DNA of 64,000 nt from Candidatus Eiseniibacteriota bacterium (lineage in GTDB: Bacteria; Eisenbacteria; RBG-16-71-46; SZUA-252). How positions within the stretch are numbered: position 1 is the stretch's first letter; the number at the start of each line of letters is the position of its first letter. The notes under the pieces were generated by a model, which worked only from the letters and a program-made list of their open reading frames with translations, had not been told where the DNA came from and did not search any database. Location of the stretch: positions 608,001-672,000 of the forward strand of contig OY969801.1 of the NCBI GenBank assembly GCA_963703225.1. Reading direction: 5' to 3'. Of this stretch, positions 49,820 to 60,225 are shown piece after piece. Both the position numbers and the translations under genes were made by a program.

Positions 49820-50911
49820 CTACGCCGCGACGGCTTCTTCCTGGCGACCGAGTCGCCTCAGCGTCTCATAGTGCGACCGGATCGCGCCCACGAGCGTCTC
49901 GTGCCCGTGGTACGGCACGCCATACTTCGTCGCCACGTCGCGTACGATCAGGCTGATCGCGGGATAGTGGACGCTGCAGACCCTGGGGAACAGGTGGTGC
50001 TCGACCTGATAATTGAGCCCCGCCACGTACCACGTGACCCAGCGGCTCCGATTGGCGAAATTCGACGTCGTTTGCATCTGGTGAATCACCCAGGAATCGC
50101 TCATCCGTCCCTGGGCATCGGCCACGGGGTGGCTCGTGTCCTCCACGACGTGCGCGAGCTGGAACACGACGCCGAGAATGATCCCCGCCGTCAGGTGCAT
50201 CGCGACGAATCCGATGAGAAATTGCCACCAAGGAATCGGCAGCACGAGAAGCGGCACGACGATCGCCCACGCGTAGTAAACGGACTTCCCCGCGAACATG
50301 GCGAGCACGTCCTGGGTGCGGTGCTTTCTCCCGTCGAAGGGGCCCAGGTCCGTGCGGAGCAGATGGCGATAGTCCTTCAGGAACACCCAGTTGAGCGTGG
50401 CCATTGCGTAGGTGAGGAAGCCGTAGAAATGCTGGAAGCGGTGGACTGCGCGTAGCTTGGAATGAGGCGAGAGACGGAGGAGAGCCGACACCTCCAGATC
50501 CTCGTCGAGACCGTGGACGTTTGTGTAGGTGTGGTGGATGACATTGTGGGTGAGCTTCCAGAGATAGCTGCTGCCGCCCACGGCGTCGAGGCTCCAACCG
50601 AGCAAACGGTTCACGCCGGGGCGCGAGGAATAGGCGCCGTGGAGCGAGTCGTGCGCGACGCCGAAGCCGATCCCCGCCACGGCCACGCCCAAGAGGATGG
50701 CCAGACCAAGCATCCCGAGGGGCGGGAACCCTCCAAACAGGATCAGCGCGTAGGACCCGACCGCGACCGCGAGAATGATCGCGGTCTTGACCACCATCGC
50801 CACGTTCGCGTTGGGGGAGAGGTGTCGGGATTCGAAGTACTCCGCCACACGTCGCTTCACTTCGGCGCTGAAGGGATGGGGATCGCTGGTATCGAAGATG
50901 ACGCGCGCCAT
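49820..50911 (-). CDS. Membrane fatty acid desaturase
   Basis: His boxes HDSLH, HNVIHH and QVEHHLFP. Confidence 0.92.
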   Translation of the reverse strand: MARVIFDTSDPHPFSAEVKRRVAEYFESRHLSPNANVAMVVKTAIILAVAVGSYALILFGGFPPLGMLGLAILLGVAVAGIGFGVAHDSLHGAYSSRPGVNRLLGWSLDAVGGSSYLWKLTHNVIHHTYTNVHGLDEDLEVSALLRLSPHSKLRAVHRFQHFYGFLTYAMATLNWVFLKDYRHLLRTDLGPFDGRKHRTQDVLAMFAGKSVYYAWAIVVPLLVLPIPWWQFLIGFVAMHLTAGIILGVVFQLAHVVEDTSHPVADAQGRMSDSWVIHQMQTTSNFANRSRWVTWYVAGLNYQVEHHLFPRVCSVHYPAISLIVRDVATKYGVPYHGHETLVGAIRSHYETLRRLGRQEEAVAA

Positions 50912-51062
50912 CGTGGAGGGCTCCTCCGGGGCCTTTCGGGAACCGTCGCGCTTCGGGTACGGAGACCCGGGGTCGGCCAGCGCGCGTTCCCTATGTATGC
51001 TTACACAGCATCGGCCATCAAGGGTCCGAGGGAAAGCGGAATTATCGGCCGACCGTGTTTTT

Positions 51063-51551
51063 TTACCCCTTCGGCTCCCGTCCGCCCCGCTTTAGAAAGT
51101 AGAGGCTCAGCGATAAGATGAGAATTCCCACAGGCATGACGAGGTGGATCCAGTTCAGCTGCTCCAGATTGGCCATGAAATTGACCATCGCGCCGACCAC
51201 CAGCACGAGGAGGATCGCTTCCCAGAGGAGGAGCTTCAGCTCGGTCAGGTTTCTGACCCGCATCCACTCGGGAATATGCTCCAGGGACTCCTTTCCCGAC
51301 GACATGAGAAACAGGTTCGTCGTACCCAGGGCAAGAACGAGCAAGACCAGCGCAAAGAGGAGTGCGTCGACCGATTCCGCGATATGGAGGCCGGGCCGAT
51401 CCTGGCCCTGCCACCCGGGGCCCTGTGCCAGCAGCTGGTATGCCTCGATTCCTCGCAGCGCCCCTACGGCGAGCAGGCCGACGGCGTGCACCACGAGAAT
51501 GGCCACGACGACGATGGCCAAGTAGCGGATCCGGACCAAGGATTCGAACAA
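51063..51551 (-). CDS. YqhA/UPF0114 family membrane protein
   Basis: ESVDALL...PEWMRVRNLTELK with four TM segments. Confidence 0.7.
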   Translation of the reverse strand: MFESLVRIRYLAIVVVAILVVHAVGLLAVGALRGIEAYQLLAQGPGWQGQDRPGLHIAESVDALLFALVLLVLALGTTNLFLMSSGKESLEHIPEWMRVRNLTELKLLLWEAILLVLVVGAMVNFMANLEQLNWIHLVMPVGILILSLSLYFLKRGGREPKG

Positions 51552-51649
51552 GGCAAACCTCCTGGTTAGGCCAAACCGCGCTCGATCTCACTCCTGGGAT
51601 GGTGCTAAACTCTGAATCGCACCAGCCGATCCAACATCCTAGGACAATT

Positions 51650-51997
51650 GGGGGCGAAAGGATTCGACGGAGTAGTGAATTTTGAAGCGCGCGCCGAGGT
51701 GCCCGTAGGCCTCGTAAAACCACGGGCAAAACACAACAGCCAATACTGAATTGGCTCTGGCGGCTTAGCTGCCACGCTCGACCGGTCTGAGCCTGCCGAG
51801 GCTGGATCGGGCGTCATCAAGGTGGGCTGGTCCTCTCGATTCGCTCGAGTTTGGAGGATGAGATCAAATCGGGCTAGCGGCTCCGTGACCTAGTCCGTTG
51901 GCGTCCGGGATCGCGAAGACAGGATAACGGACTACGCGCGTAGTGCTTCTTCTGGATCTACTTTCGGACGAGGGTTCAATTCCCTCCGCCTCCACCA
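51650..51997 (+). ncRNA. ssrA: tmRNA
   Basis: GGGGGCGAAAGGATTCGAC start; tag ANTELALAA-stop at 51739-51768; GGTTCAATTCC...CTCCACCA end. Confidence 0.96.
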
Positions 51998-52023
51998 TTC
52001 TTCTCCGGAGGATCGACCTCCCG

Positions 52024-53514
52024 ATGAGGGTGCAGGCGATCGCGGCCATCATTACGCTCGGACTGGGGCTCCCCGGAACCCGCGCCGCAGCCGCGCTCAG
52101 CCTAACCCGATACCCGTCGGTTTGGCTCCAAACACCCACATCCGTGCTGCTCGCGTGGCAGACCGACTCGCCCGGAACGGGGAAGGTGCTGTTCGGGACC
52201 ACGGTGGACCTGGGCAGCGAGGCGACCCACCCCGGCACGACGGCGGATCACTCGGTGACGCTCACCGGCCTCACGCCGTCTTCGCGGTACTTCTACCGGG
52301 TCGTCTCCGGGACCGACACCCTCACCAACGGAACCGACACGTTTCGCACGGCGCCATCGACGATGGAACCGTTCCGATTTCTCGCGTTCGGCGATCCAGG
52401 GCGCGCCACGCCGGAGCAGATCCAGCTGGCGGCGCGGATCGATTCCCTCAACGCGGATTTCGCGATCCTGACCGGCGACATCATCTACGAGGGCGGCGAG
52501 GCTGCCAACTTCACGCCTCAGTATTTCAATATCTATCGCCCGACCATCGCGCGCACTCCGTTCTACTCCTGTCTTGGGAACCACGACGTGGTCACGTCGA
52601 ACGGACAGCCGTACCTGGACGCGTTCTACCTGCCGGCGAACAATCCGCCCGCGAACGAGCGCTACTACTCCTTCGACTATTCGAACGCGCACTTCGTCGC
52701 GCTGGAGGTGACGGTCGAGAACGCCGTTCCAAGTGCGACGATGCGCAACTGGCTGGACGCCGACCTCGCCGCTTCGACGAAGCATTGGAAGTTCGTGTTC
52801 TTCCACGTGCCGATGTATTCGAACCTGAATACTCATGGAGACGATCCGACGATCGCCGCTGCGCTCGAGCCGATCTTCAACGCGCGCGGGGTCGATGTGG
52901 TATTTCAGGGCCACAACCACTACTACACGCGCACATACCCGATCGCGGCGGGCGCGGTCGTCAGCGCAGGGCAAAACCCGAACTACGTCAACCCCGGCGG
53001 AGCGATCTATATCGTGACGGGAGGAGGCGGCCGGGCGCTCTACCCGGTGTCGCCTCTAACGAGCTATGAGGTGCTTTCGAAGAGCACGTTCCATACGACC
53101 GTGATCGACGTTTTCGGAACGACGCTGACCCTGTCGGCGGTGGAGCGGGACGGCACGGTCTTCGACACGATGACGCTCATCAAGGACACGCCGACGGGCG
53201 TTGGCTCACAGGCTGTCGGCGGCTCCGGAGCTCCTCGATTCGCCGCGAGCTCGCCACGTCCGAATCCAACCGACGGGTCCACGGAGATCCGGTTTACGTT
53301 GGATCGAGAATCTAGGGTCAACGTTCTTCTCTTCGACGTCGCGGGACGGTGGATTCGAACCCTGGAGAGTGGGCGGCCGCTCTTGGCGGGACCTCGGGGG
53401 ATCGTCTGGGACGGACGGGACGCTTCGGGGACCGAGCTGCCCGCCGGAATCTACTTCGCCGAGATCCAGTCTGGGGAGCGGTCCGTTCGAACCCGAATCA
53501 TCCGGATCAAGTGA
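52024..53514 (+). CDS. Secreted purple-acid-phosphatase-type metallophosphoesterase with FN3 and C-terminal FlgD-like domain
   Basis: GD, GDIIY, GNHD and GHNH motifs; PNP...WDGRD..G..LPAGIYF. Confidence 0.88.
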   Translation: MRVQAIAAIITLGLGLPGTRAAAALSLTRYPSVWLQTPTSVLLAWQTDSPGTGKVLFGTTVDLGSEATHPGTTADHSVTLTGLTPSSRYFYRVVSGTDTLTNGTDTFRTAPSTMEPFRFLAFGDPGRATPEQIQLAARIDSLNADFAILTGDIIYEGGEAANFTPQYFNIYRPTIARTPFYSCLGNHDVVTSNGQPYLDAFYLPANNPPANERYYSFDYSNAHFVALEVTVENAVPSATMRNWLDADLAASTKHWKFVFFHVPMYSNLNTHGDDPTIAAALEPIFNARGVDVVFQGHNHYYTRTYPIAAGAVVSAGQNPNYVNPGGAIYIVTGGGGRALYPVSPLTSYEVLSKSTFHTTVIDVFGTTLTLSAVERDGTVFDTMTLIKDTPTGVGSQAVGGSGAPRFAASSPRPNPTDGSTEIRFTLDRESRVNVLLFDVAGRWIRTLESGRPLLAGPRGIVWDGRDASGTELPAGIYFAEIQSGERSVRTRIIRIK

Positions 53515-53534
53515 GCCTCGGGCCGAACCGGCCC

Positions 53535-54380
53535 TCAAAACCCCGCGAACGCGGCATGCATCGGGTTGGTGAGCAGGATCAGGAGCTTCTCGCCGGTCGT
53601 GGTCCCGCCCTTCTTCAGATGCATGGTGAAGCGGTGCGAGAGCTCGCCAAGGATCGATCCGGCGACGGGCGTGATGACCAGGTCCTGGATGCTCGGCCGC
53701 TCGGCGAACGCTTCGAAGAAGTACTCCCACTGGGTCGAAAGCACCGCGCTGAAGAACATCGACTGCCGGGGGCTCGCGCCCTGCGAGCGCACCGTGTTGT
53801 AGTACATGCTGCCGCCGATGGGGTGCCCCACGTAGTTATGAAACCACCAGTCGTCGTCCCAGACCGGCGGCTGCGTGTAGGCCCGCTCCATGTGATTGAT
53901 CCCATCCCGTACGAAGTGGGCGGACCAACCGGTCCAGCTCTTGGGCAGCGAGGCGGTCACGCCGAGCAGAGCGAGTTCGGCGGCCGTGAGCGGCATCCAG
54001 CCCTTGAGAAACATTTTGCCAAAGCTCGGGGACGTAGCGGCATACACCGGCGCCGAGACGGGCTCCGCGTCGGCGCGCCAATTCGGATCGAACTCCGAAA
54101 TCTGAGCGAGGAGAATCGTCTCTCCGCCGCCCGGCTGATCCGGAAAGGGGCGAGGGTAGGTGAGATCCAACGAAAGGTCCCGGGGGTCCACCGCGCGTGG
54201 AGGGTCGCCCGCGGCGGGAAGTAATCCGTTCTGGAGGCTCTCGTCGTCCAAGAGGCTCGCAGCGGAGGCGCTGGGGAGCCCGGCGAGGGCGAGGCTCAAC
54301 CCTGCGATCACGGCCCGGAGATAGTGCCAGTCTGCCAACTTGGCAGGGGACGCGAGTGCGCGCGGGGGTGCCGGGGGCAT
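53535..54380 (-). CDS. DUF3943 family protein
   Basis: WDDD...NYVGHP..GSMYY...WEY..EA..ERPSIQDL. Confidence 0.7.
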   Translation of the reverse strand: MPPAPPRALASPAKLADWHYLRAVIAGLSLALAGLPSASAASLLDDESLQNGLLPAAGDPPRAVDPRDLSLDLTYPRPFPDQPGGGETILLAQISEFDPNWRADAEPVSAPVYAATSPSFGKMFLKGWMPLTAAELALLGVTASLPKSWTGWSAHFVRDGINHMERAYTQPPVWDDDWWFHNYVGHPIGGSMYYNTVRSQGASPRQSMFFSAVLSTQWEYFFEAFAERPSIQDLVITPVAGSILGELSHRFTMHLKKGGTTTGEKLLILLTNPMHAAFAGF

Positions 54381-54564
54381 AGTCGATCTCCACCGAGTGA
54401 TGCCACGTCCGCGGGAGCCAGCGAGGAATCCCCCCCGATCGCGCAGCGTAAGCTAACGCTGCGAACCTAACAGAGAACCGCAGTACCGTCCACGCATCAG
54501 ATTCCCTTATCATGGCGCCCATTCTTCCCGGATCGCTGCAACGCAGAGGGAAAGGAGTGTCTCC

Positions 54565-55630
54565 ATGCGATCGGTCATCGCCGGCCGTTCCCGGCTCGGG
54601 CTGAGCGCACCGGTCCGGCTTCTCGGCTCGCTGCTTCTGGCCGCCGCCGCGGTGCTCTCCACCGCGTGCGCCCCGCGCGCCAAGACCCAAGCGCCGGCGA
54701 TCGACCCCCTCCCATCCTGGAACGCCGGCCCGGCCAAGGATGCGGTCACCCATTTCGTGGCCCGCGTGACCCATGAGGGCGGACCGGATTTCGTCGCGAC
54801 GCGCGAGAGGATCGCGGTCTTTGACAACGACGGGACGCTCTGGTCCGAGCAGCCGATTTACTTTCAGTTCGCGTTCGCGCTCGATCGAATCAAAGCCCTG
54901 GCGCCGCAGCATCCCGAGTGGAAATCGAAGCAGCCATTCAAAGCACTGCTGGCGGGTGATCTCAAGGCGGCCCTGGCCGGTGGCGAGCGGGCGATCCTCG
55001 AGATCATGGCCGCCACCCACGCGGGAATGACGACCGACGAGTTCGACGCGATCGTGCGCGACTGGGTCGCCAATGCCCAGCATCCGCGGTTCCATCGGCC
55101 CTACACCGATCTCGCCTACCAGCCCATGCTGGAGCTGCTCTCGTTCCTGCGCGCGAACGACTTCAAGACATACATCGTGTCGGGCGGGGGCGTGGACTTC
55201 ATGCGGGCTTGGACGGAGCGGGTCTACGGGATTCCACCGGAGCAGGTCGTCGGTAGCTTCCGGAAAACTTCAGTTCCAGATGAAGGACGACAAGCCGGTG
55301 CTCGAGAAGCTCGCGGAGCTTGATTTCGTCGACGATGGGCCTGGCAAGCCGGTGGGCATCCAGCGATTCATCGGGAGGCGACCGATCGCCGCCTTCGGCA
55401 ACTCGGACGGCGACCTCCAGATGCTCCAGTGGACGACCACTGGGGATGGCCTGCGCCTCGGGATGATCGTGCACCACACCGATGCGGGGCGCGAGTGGGC
55501 CTACGACCGGACATCCGCGATTGGGAAACTGGACAAAGCGCTGGACGAGGCGGGGCCTCGTGGCTGGACGGTGATCGACATGAAGGCCGACTGGAAGCGG
55601 ATCTACGCGTTTGAGGCGGTTTCGAATTGA
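54565..55630 (+). CDS. HAD family hydrolase lipoprotein, frameshifted near 55258
   Basis: FDNDGTLWSEQP and IVSGGG in one frame; DDGPGKP and FGNSDGD in the next frame. Confidence 0.8.
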
Positions 55631-56957
55631 CACAGCCGCTCCTCAAGCGGCAGATCGGCCTCTACGCCGCGACCGCGGTGACGGTCGGAAGCATCATCGG
55701 CTCCGGCATCTTCCGGTCGCCGCACTCCGTGGCCCGCGAGCTTCACACCGAGACGTTGATGCTGGCGGCGTGGATCGTGGGCGGACTCCTCTCGATGACG
55801 GGATCCCTCGTCCTCGCCGAGATCGCGGTGGCGCACCCGCAGACCGGCGGCCTCTACTGCTTCATCCGGGAGGGGTTCGGCCGGCGGCTCGCGTTCGTCT
55901 TCGGCTGGGCCTCGCTCGCGGTGATCAAGCCGACCGTGATCGCGTCGATCACGAGCGTCTTCGCGATCTACGCCTGTCAGGCGGCCGGGTGGCCGGCCGG
56001 CGCGCAGCTTCCGGTTGGGCTGGCCGCCATCTGCTTCCTCACCTTCGTGAACTGGCTGGGCGTGCGGGAGGGGACGACCACCCAGACCGTCCTGACCTCC
56101 TCGAAAGTGCTCGGCATTCTCGCGCTCTGCGCGGTCGCGTTCGCGCTTCCCCATTCCGGGCCGGCTGGCGCGGCTGCTGCCGCCGCGCCGCCCGCGAATC
56201 GCCCATCCACTCCTCATCGCCTTCGTCGCGGCGATGATTCCCGATCCTCTTCGCCTACGACGGCTGGACCGATTCCACCTACGTGGCCGGCGAGATCGTC
56301 AATCCCGGCCGGACCCTGCCGATCGCGATCCTCGGAGGAACCGCGATCGTCATCGCGGTCTACGTCGTCACCAATCTTGCCTACTTCGCGGTCCTCTCGC
56401 CGAGCGAGGTGGCCACCTACGAGGCCGTGGCGAGCGAGACGATGCGCCGGATCCTCGGCGACTGGGGGGGCCGGGCGCTCGCCGTGCTCGTCGCGGTCTC
56501 GACGTTCGGAACGATCAGCGCGTCGGTCCTCACCGGCCCGCGCGTCACGCTGGCCATGGCCGCCGACGGGCTCTTCTGGCGCCGCGCGGCGCACGTGCAT
56601 GCGCGCCGTGGGACCCCGGATTTCGCGCTCTGGCTCCAGTGCGCGCTCTCCTGTCTCTGGCTCGCGGCCGCCTCGAGGGGATTCGAGGATGTCTCGGGAT
56701 GGTTCGTCACCACTTCCTGGCTCTTCTACGGCCTCACGATCGCGGCGATCTTTGCGGTGCGGCGCCGCGCGTCGACCGTCGGGGGCTACCGCACTCCTCT
56801 CTTTCCGGTCACCCCGTTCCTCTTCATCCTGGTCACCATCGCGCTCATCGCAAGCGACCTTGCGACAAGCCAATGGCGCGCCATGGCCGGCGTCCTAGTC
56901 GCGGCCCTCGGATTTCCGATCTATCATGTATGGAAGGGGCGGGGCGGCGCGGACTGA
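55627..56957 (+). CDS. APC family amino-acid permease, frameshifts near 56205 and 56243
   Basis: IIGSGIF and TGGLY; LFAYDGW..YVAGE and TGPRV in a shifted frame. Confidence 0.8.
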
Positions 56958-56993
56958 GAGTTTCCGGCATCTCCACAGGGGGGCGTTCAGATC

Positions 56994-59900
56994 GTGGAGC
57001 AGATGGAAGCCGGCACCCGCATTGGCCATTACCGCATCGTCGAGAAGATCGGTGCCGGTGGCATGGGCGAGGTCTACCGGGCCGACGACCTAAGGCTCGA
57101 GCGGCCCGTCGCCATCAAGTTCCTGCCCGCCTGGGCGGCCGGCGATCCGACGGCGGTCGAACGTCTCGTGCGCGAGGCCAAGCTCGCCTCCGCGCTCAAC
57201 CATCCTCATATCGTCACGATATACGCGATCGAGGAGACCGACTCGACGCCGTTTCTCGTCATGGAGTACGTCGAGGGCGAGACGCTGCACTCGCGGCTGC
57301 GTCGAAAGCCGCTCGAGCTTGTCGAGCTCGTCGAAATCGGCGCCGAGGTCGCCGACGCGCTGGAGTCGGCTCACCGGATCGGGCTGATCCACCGCGACGT
57401 CAAGTCGACCAACATCCTGCTCACCGCTGGAGGGGCACGTCAAGGTCGTCGACTTCGGCCTCGCCAAGCGTCTTCCGGCGGAGCGCGGGGGCGCGGACCG
57501 TACCGTCACCGAGGGGCTCACCGCCCCGGGCTCCCTGGTTGGCACCGCCGCCTATATGTCGCCCGAGCAGGCTCGCGGAGAGCCGCTCGACGCGCGCACC
57601 GATCTCTTCTCGCTCGGGATCGTCCTCTACGAGGCGGCGACGGGGCGGCTGCCGTTCGAGGGCCCGACGATGCTCTCGGTGCTCCACGAGATCGCCCTCG
57701 TCGAGCCGCCCGCGCCGTCGCGCGCGCGCCCCGGCCTCCCGCGCGAGCTGGACCACGTGCTCTTGCGCGCGATGGCCAAGGACAAGGCCCGCCGCTATTC
57801 GAGCGCCGCGGAGCTGGCGGCCGCGCTCCGCGCCCTGGGCCAGGAGGACGGCCTCTTCTCGGGAGACGGCGTGGCCAGGGCGGGAGCTTCCGGCCCCACG
57901 TCCAGCCTTCCCAACAACCTTCCCGTGGCGCTGACGAGCTTCGTGGGCCGGCGCGATGAGATGGAGGACATCGCCCGCCTGCTGGGAACCTCGCGCCTGG
58001 TCACGCTCACCGGCGCGGGCGGGTGCGGCAAGTCGCGCCTCTCGGTACAGGTCGCGCGAAATGTTCTCGAGAGTTTCCCGGACGGCGCGTGGATCGCGGA
58101 GCTGGCACCCCTCTCCGATCCTGGTCTCGTCCCGCAGCGCGTGGCCGCCGCGCTCGGCGTGCGCGAGGAGCCGGGCCGCCCGCTGATCGAGACCCTCCAG
58201 GAGGCGTTGGGCTCCCGCACGCTCCTGATCCTTCTCGACAATTGCGAGCACTTGGCCACGGCGTGCGGCGCGCTTGCCAAGCAACTGATCGAGGGCACGA
58301 CCGGAGCGCGCATTCTGGCCACGAGCCGGGAGGCGCTCGGGGTCCCGGGCGAGGTGCTCTGGCGCGTGCCACCCCTTCACGTTCCGGATATGCGCGGTCC
58401 GGGCCGGCTCACAAGGCGCGAGATCGGCCAGTTCGAGTCGGTCCGGCTCTTTGCGGTGCGCGCCGCCACCGTCGCGCCCACTTTCTCGCTGACGGATCAG
58501 AACGCGGAGACCGTCGCGCAGATATGCTCGCGCCTCGATGGAATCCCGCTCGCGATCGAGCTGGCGGCGGCCCGGGTCAAGGTGCTCCCCGTCGGCCAGA
58601 TCCTGACCCGACTCGAAGATCGATTCCGCCTGCTGACGTCGGGGAGCCCGACGGCGTTGATGCACCAGCAGACGCTCCGGGCGACGGTCGACTGGAGCTA
58701 CGACCTGCTGGAGGAGCAGGAGCGCGCGCTGTTCAATCGCTTGAGCGTCTTTGCCGGCGGCGCGGCGCTCGAAGCGGTGGAGACCGTTTGCGCGGGAGAC
58801 GGGCTGGCCGAAGAGGAGATCCTCGATCTCCTCGCGCACCTCGTCGACAAATCGCTGGTTCTGCCCGAAGAAGGCGTGGAGGGCGCGGCGCGATATCGGC
58901 TGCTGGAAACGCTTCGAGCGTACGGCCGGGAAGTGCTGGAGCGCTCGGGCAAGAGGCCGAGCTGTCTCGAACGCCACGCCCGGTTCTACCTGGCGCTCGC
59001 CGAGGAGGCGGAGCCCGAGCTGAGCGGCAGCGACCAATCGGGGTGGCTCGCCCGGCTCGAACAGGAGCACGACAACCTGCGCCAATCGGCCGAGTGGGCG
59101 GTCCGGTCGGCCCACGTGGAGGAGGCGCTCCGTCTGGCCGGATCGCTCTGGCGGTTCTGGCGAATCCACAGCCACTTTGGCGAGGGACGACGACGGCTCG
59201 AGGCCGCCCTCTCGGGCGAGGGGACGGGGCCGGGAGAGCGGCGCGCACGCGCCAAGGCGCTGCTCGGAGCGGGCGCGCTCGCCCGGAGCCAGAGCGACTA
59301 CGAGCGATCGAGGGTCCTCCTCGAGGAGGGCCTCGCGATGGGACAGCTCTCCGGAAACAAAGAGGTCACGCAGGCGATCCTGATCGAGCTGGGAACGGTC
59401 GCCATCGATCAGGGAAGGCTGGGCGAAGCGCGCGAATATTACGAAGGGAGCCTGGCCATCCTCCGCGCCGCCGGCGACAAGCGAGGAATGGCCAGCGCGC
59501 TCCACAACCTGGGGGTCGTGTCCCAGGCGCTCGGAGACTATGACGACGCGCGGTCGCTCTACGCCCAGGCGCTCGGGATCAACCAGGAGCTTGGAAACGA
59601 GGGATGGGAAGCGCTCGACCGGAACGCGCTGGGAAGCGTGGCTTCCGACCACGACGACTACGCCGTCGCGCGAAGCCATCACGAGGAGGCTCTCGCGATT
59701 CACCAGCGGCTCGGTGACCGCTGGGGGATCGCCTACTCGCTCCACGAGATTGGCCGCGCGGCCATCTGGCTGGGGGATCATGCGCGGGCGCGCGACCTTC
59801 TCGCCGAGAGCATGACCACCTTCCAGTCGCTCGGCGATCGCGTGGGGGTGGTGGAAACGCTGGAGTACTTTGCGGCGCTGGCCGCCGCCGAACGGGAAGA

Positions 59901-60117
59901 TAAGCACGCGTTCGTTCTCGCGGGCGCGGCAGCCGCGCTTCGGGATGCGCTCGGAGCGCCTCCCACCCCTCCCGATCGGGCGAGCCTGGAGCGATGCCTG
60001 GCCGGAGCGAAGGAGAGGTTGGGAAGCGCCGCGACCGCCGCGTCGTTCGAGACGGGGCGAGGGACCGGATTGGAGCGCGCGATCGCGCTCGCGATGGGCG
60101 ACGGCCGCTCGCAGTGA
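56994..60117 (+). CDS. Ser/Thr protein kinase fused to STAND/NB-ARC-like ATPase and TPRs, frameshifted near 57430
   Basis: GAGGMGEVY and HRDVK, then VKVVDFG and YMSPEQ in the next frame; GAGGCGKS, LDNCEH and DGIPLAIELAAAR motifs. Confidence 0.88.
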
Positions 60118-60151
60118 GGGCGTCCGCGCACGCGGGATCGGCCGGAACTCA

Positions 60152-60180
60152 TTGACAGTATGCCGAGTGCGTGATATAGT
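60152..60180 (+). promoter_or_regulatory. Near-consensus sigma70 promoter
   Basis: TTGACA-17 bp-TATAGT upstream of the 60226 start. Confidence 0.75.
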
Positions 60181-60225
60181 GCCGCGGTAAATTCGATTCG
60201 CGGGGCGCGTTGAACTGGGGGTACG

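Noticed and set aside
54565..57440. Programmed frameshifting or pseudogenisation of the HAD, APC permease and kinase genes (also near 2275)
   Set aside because: Isolated single-base shifts in otherwise intact genes without slippery sites; most likely sequencing or assembly indels, pending a read check.
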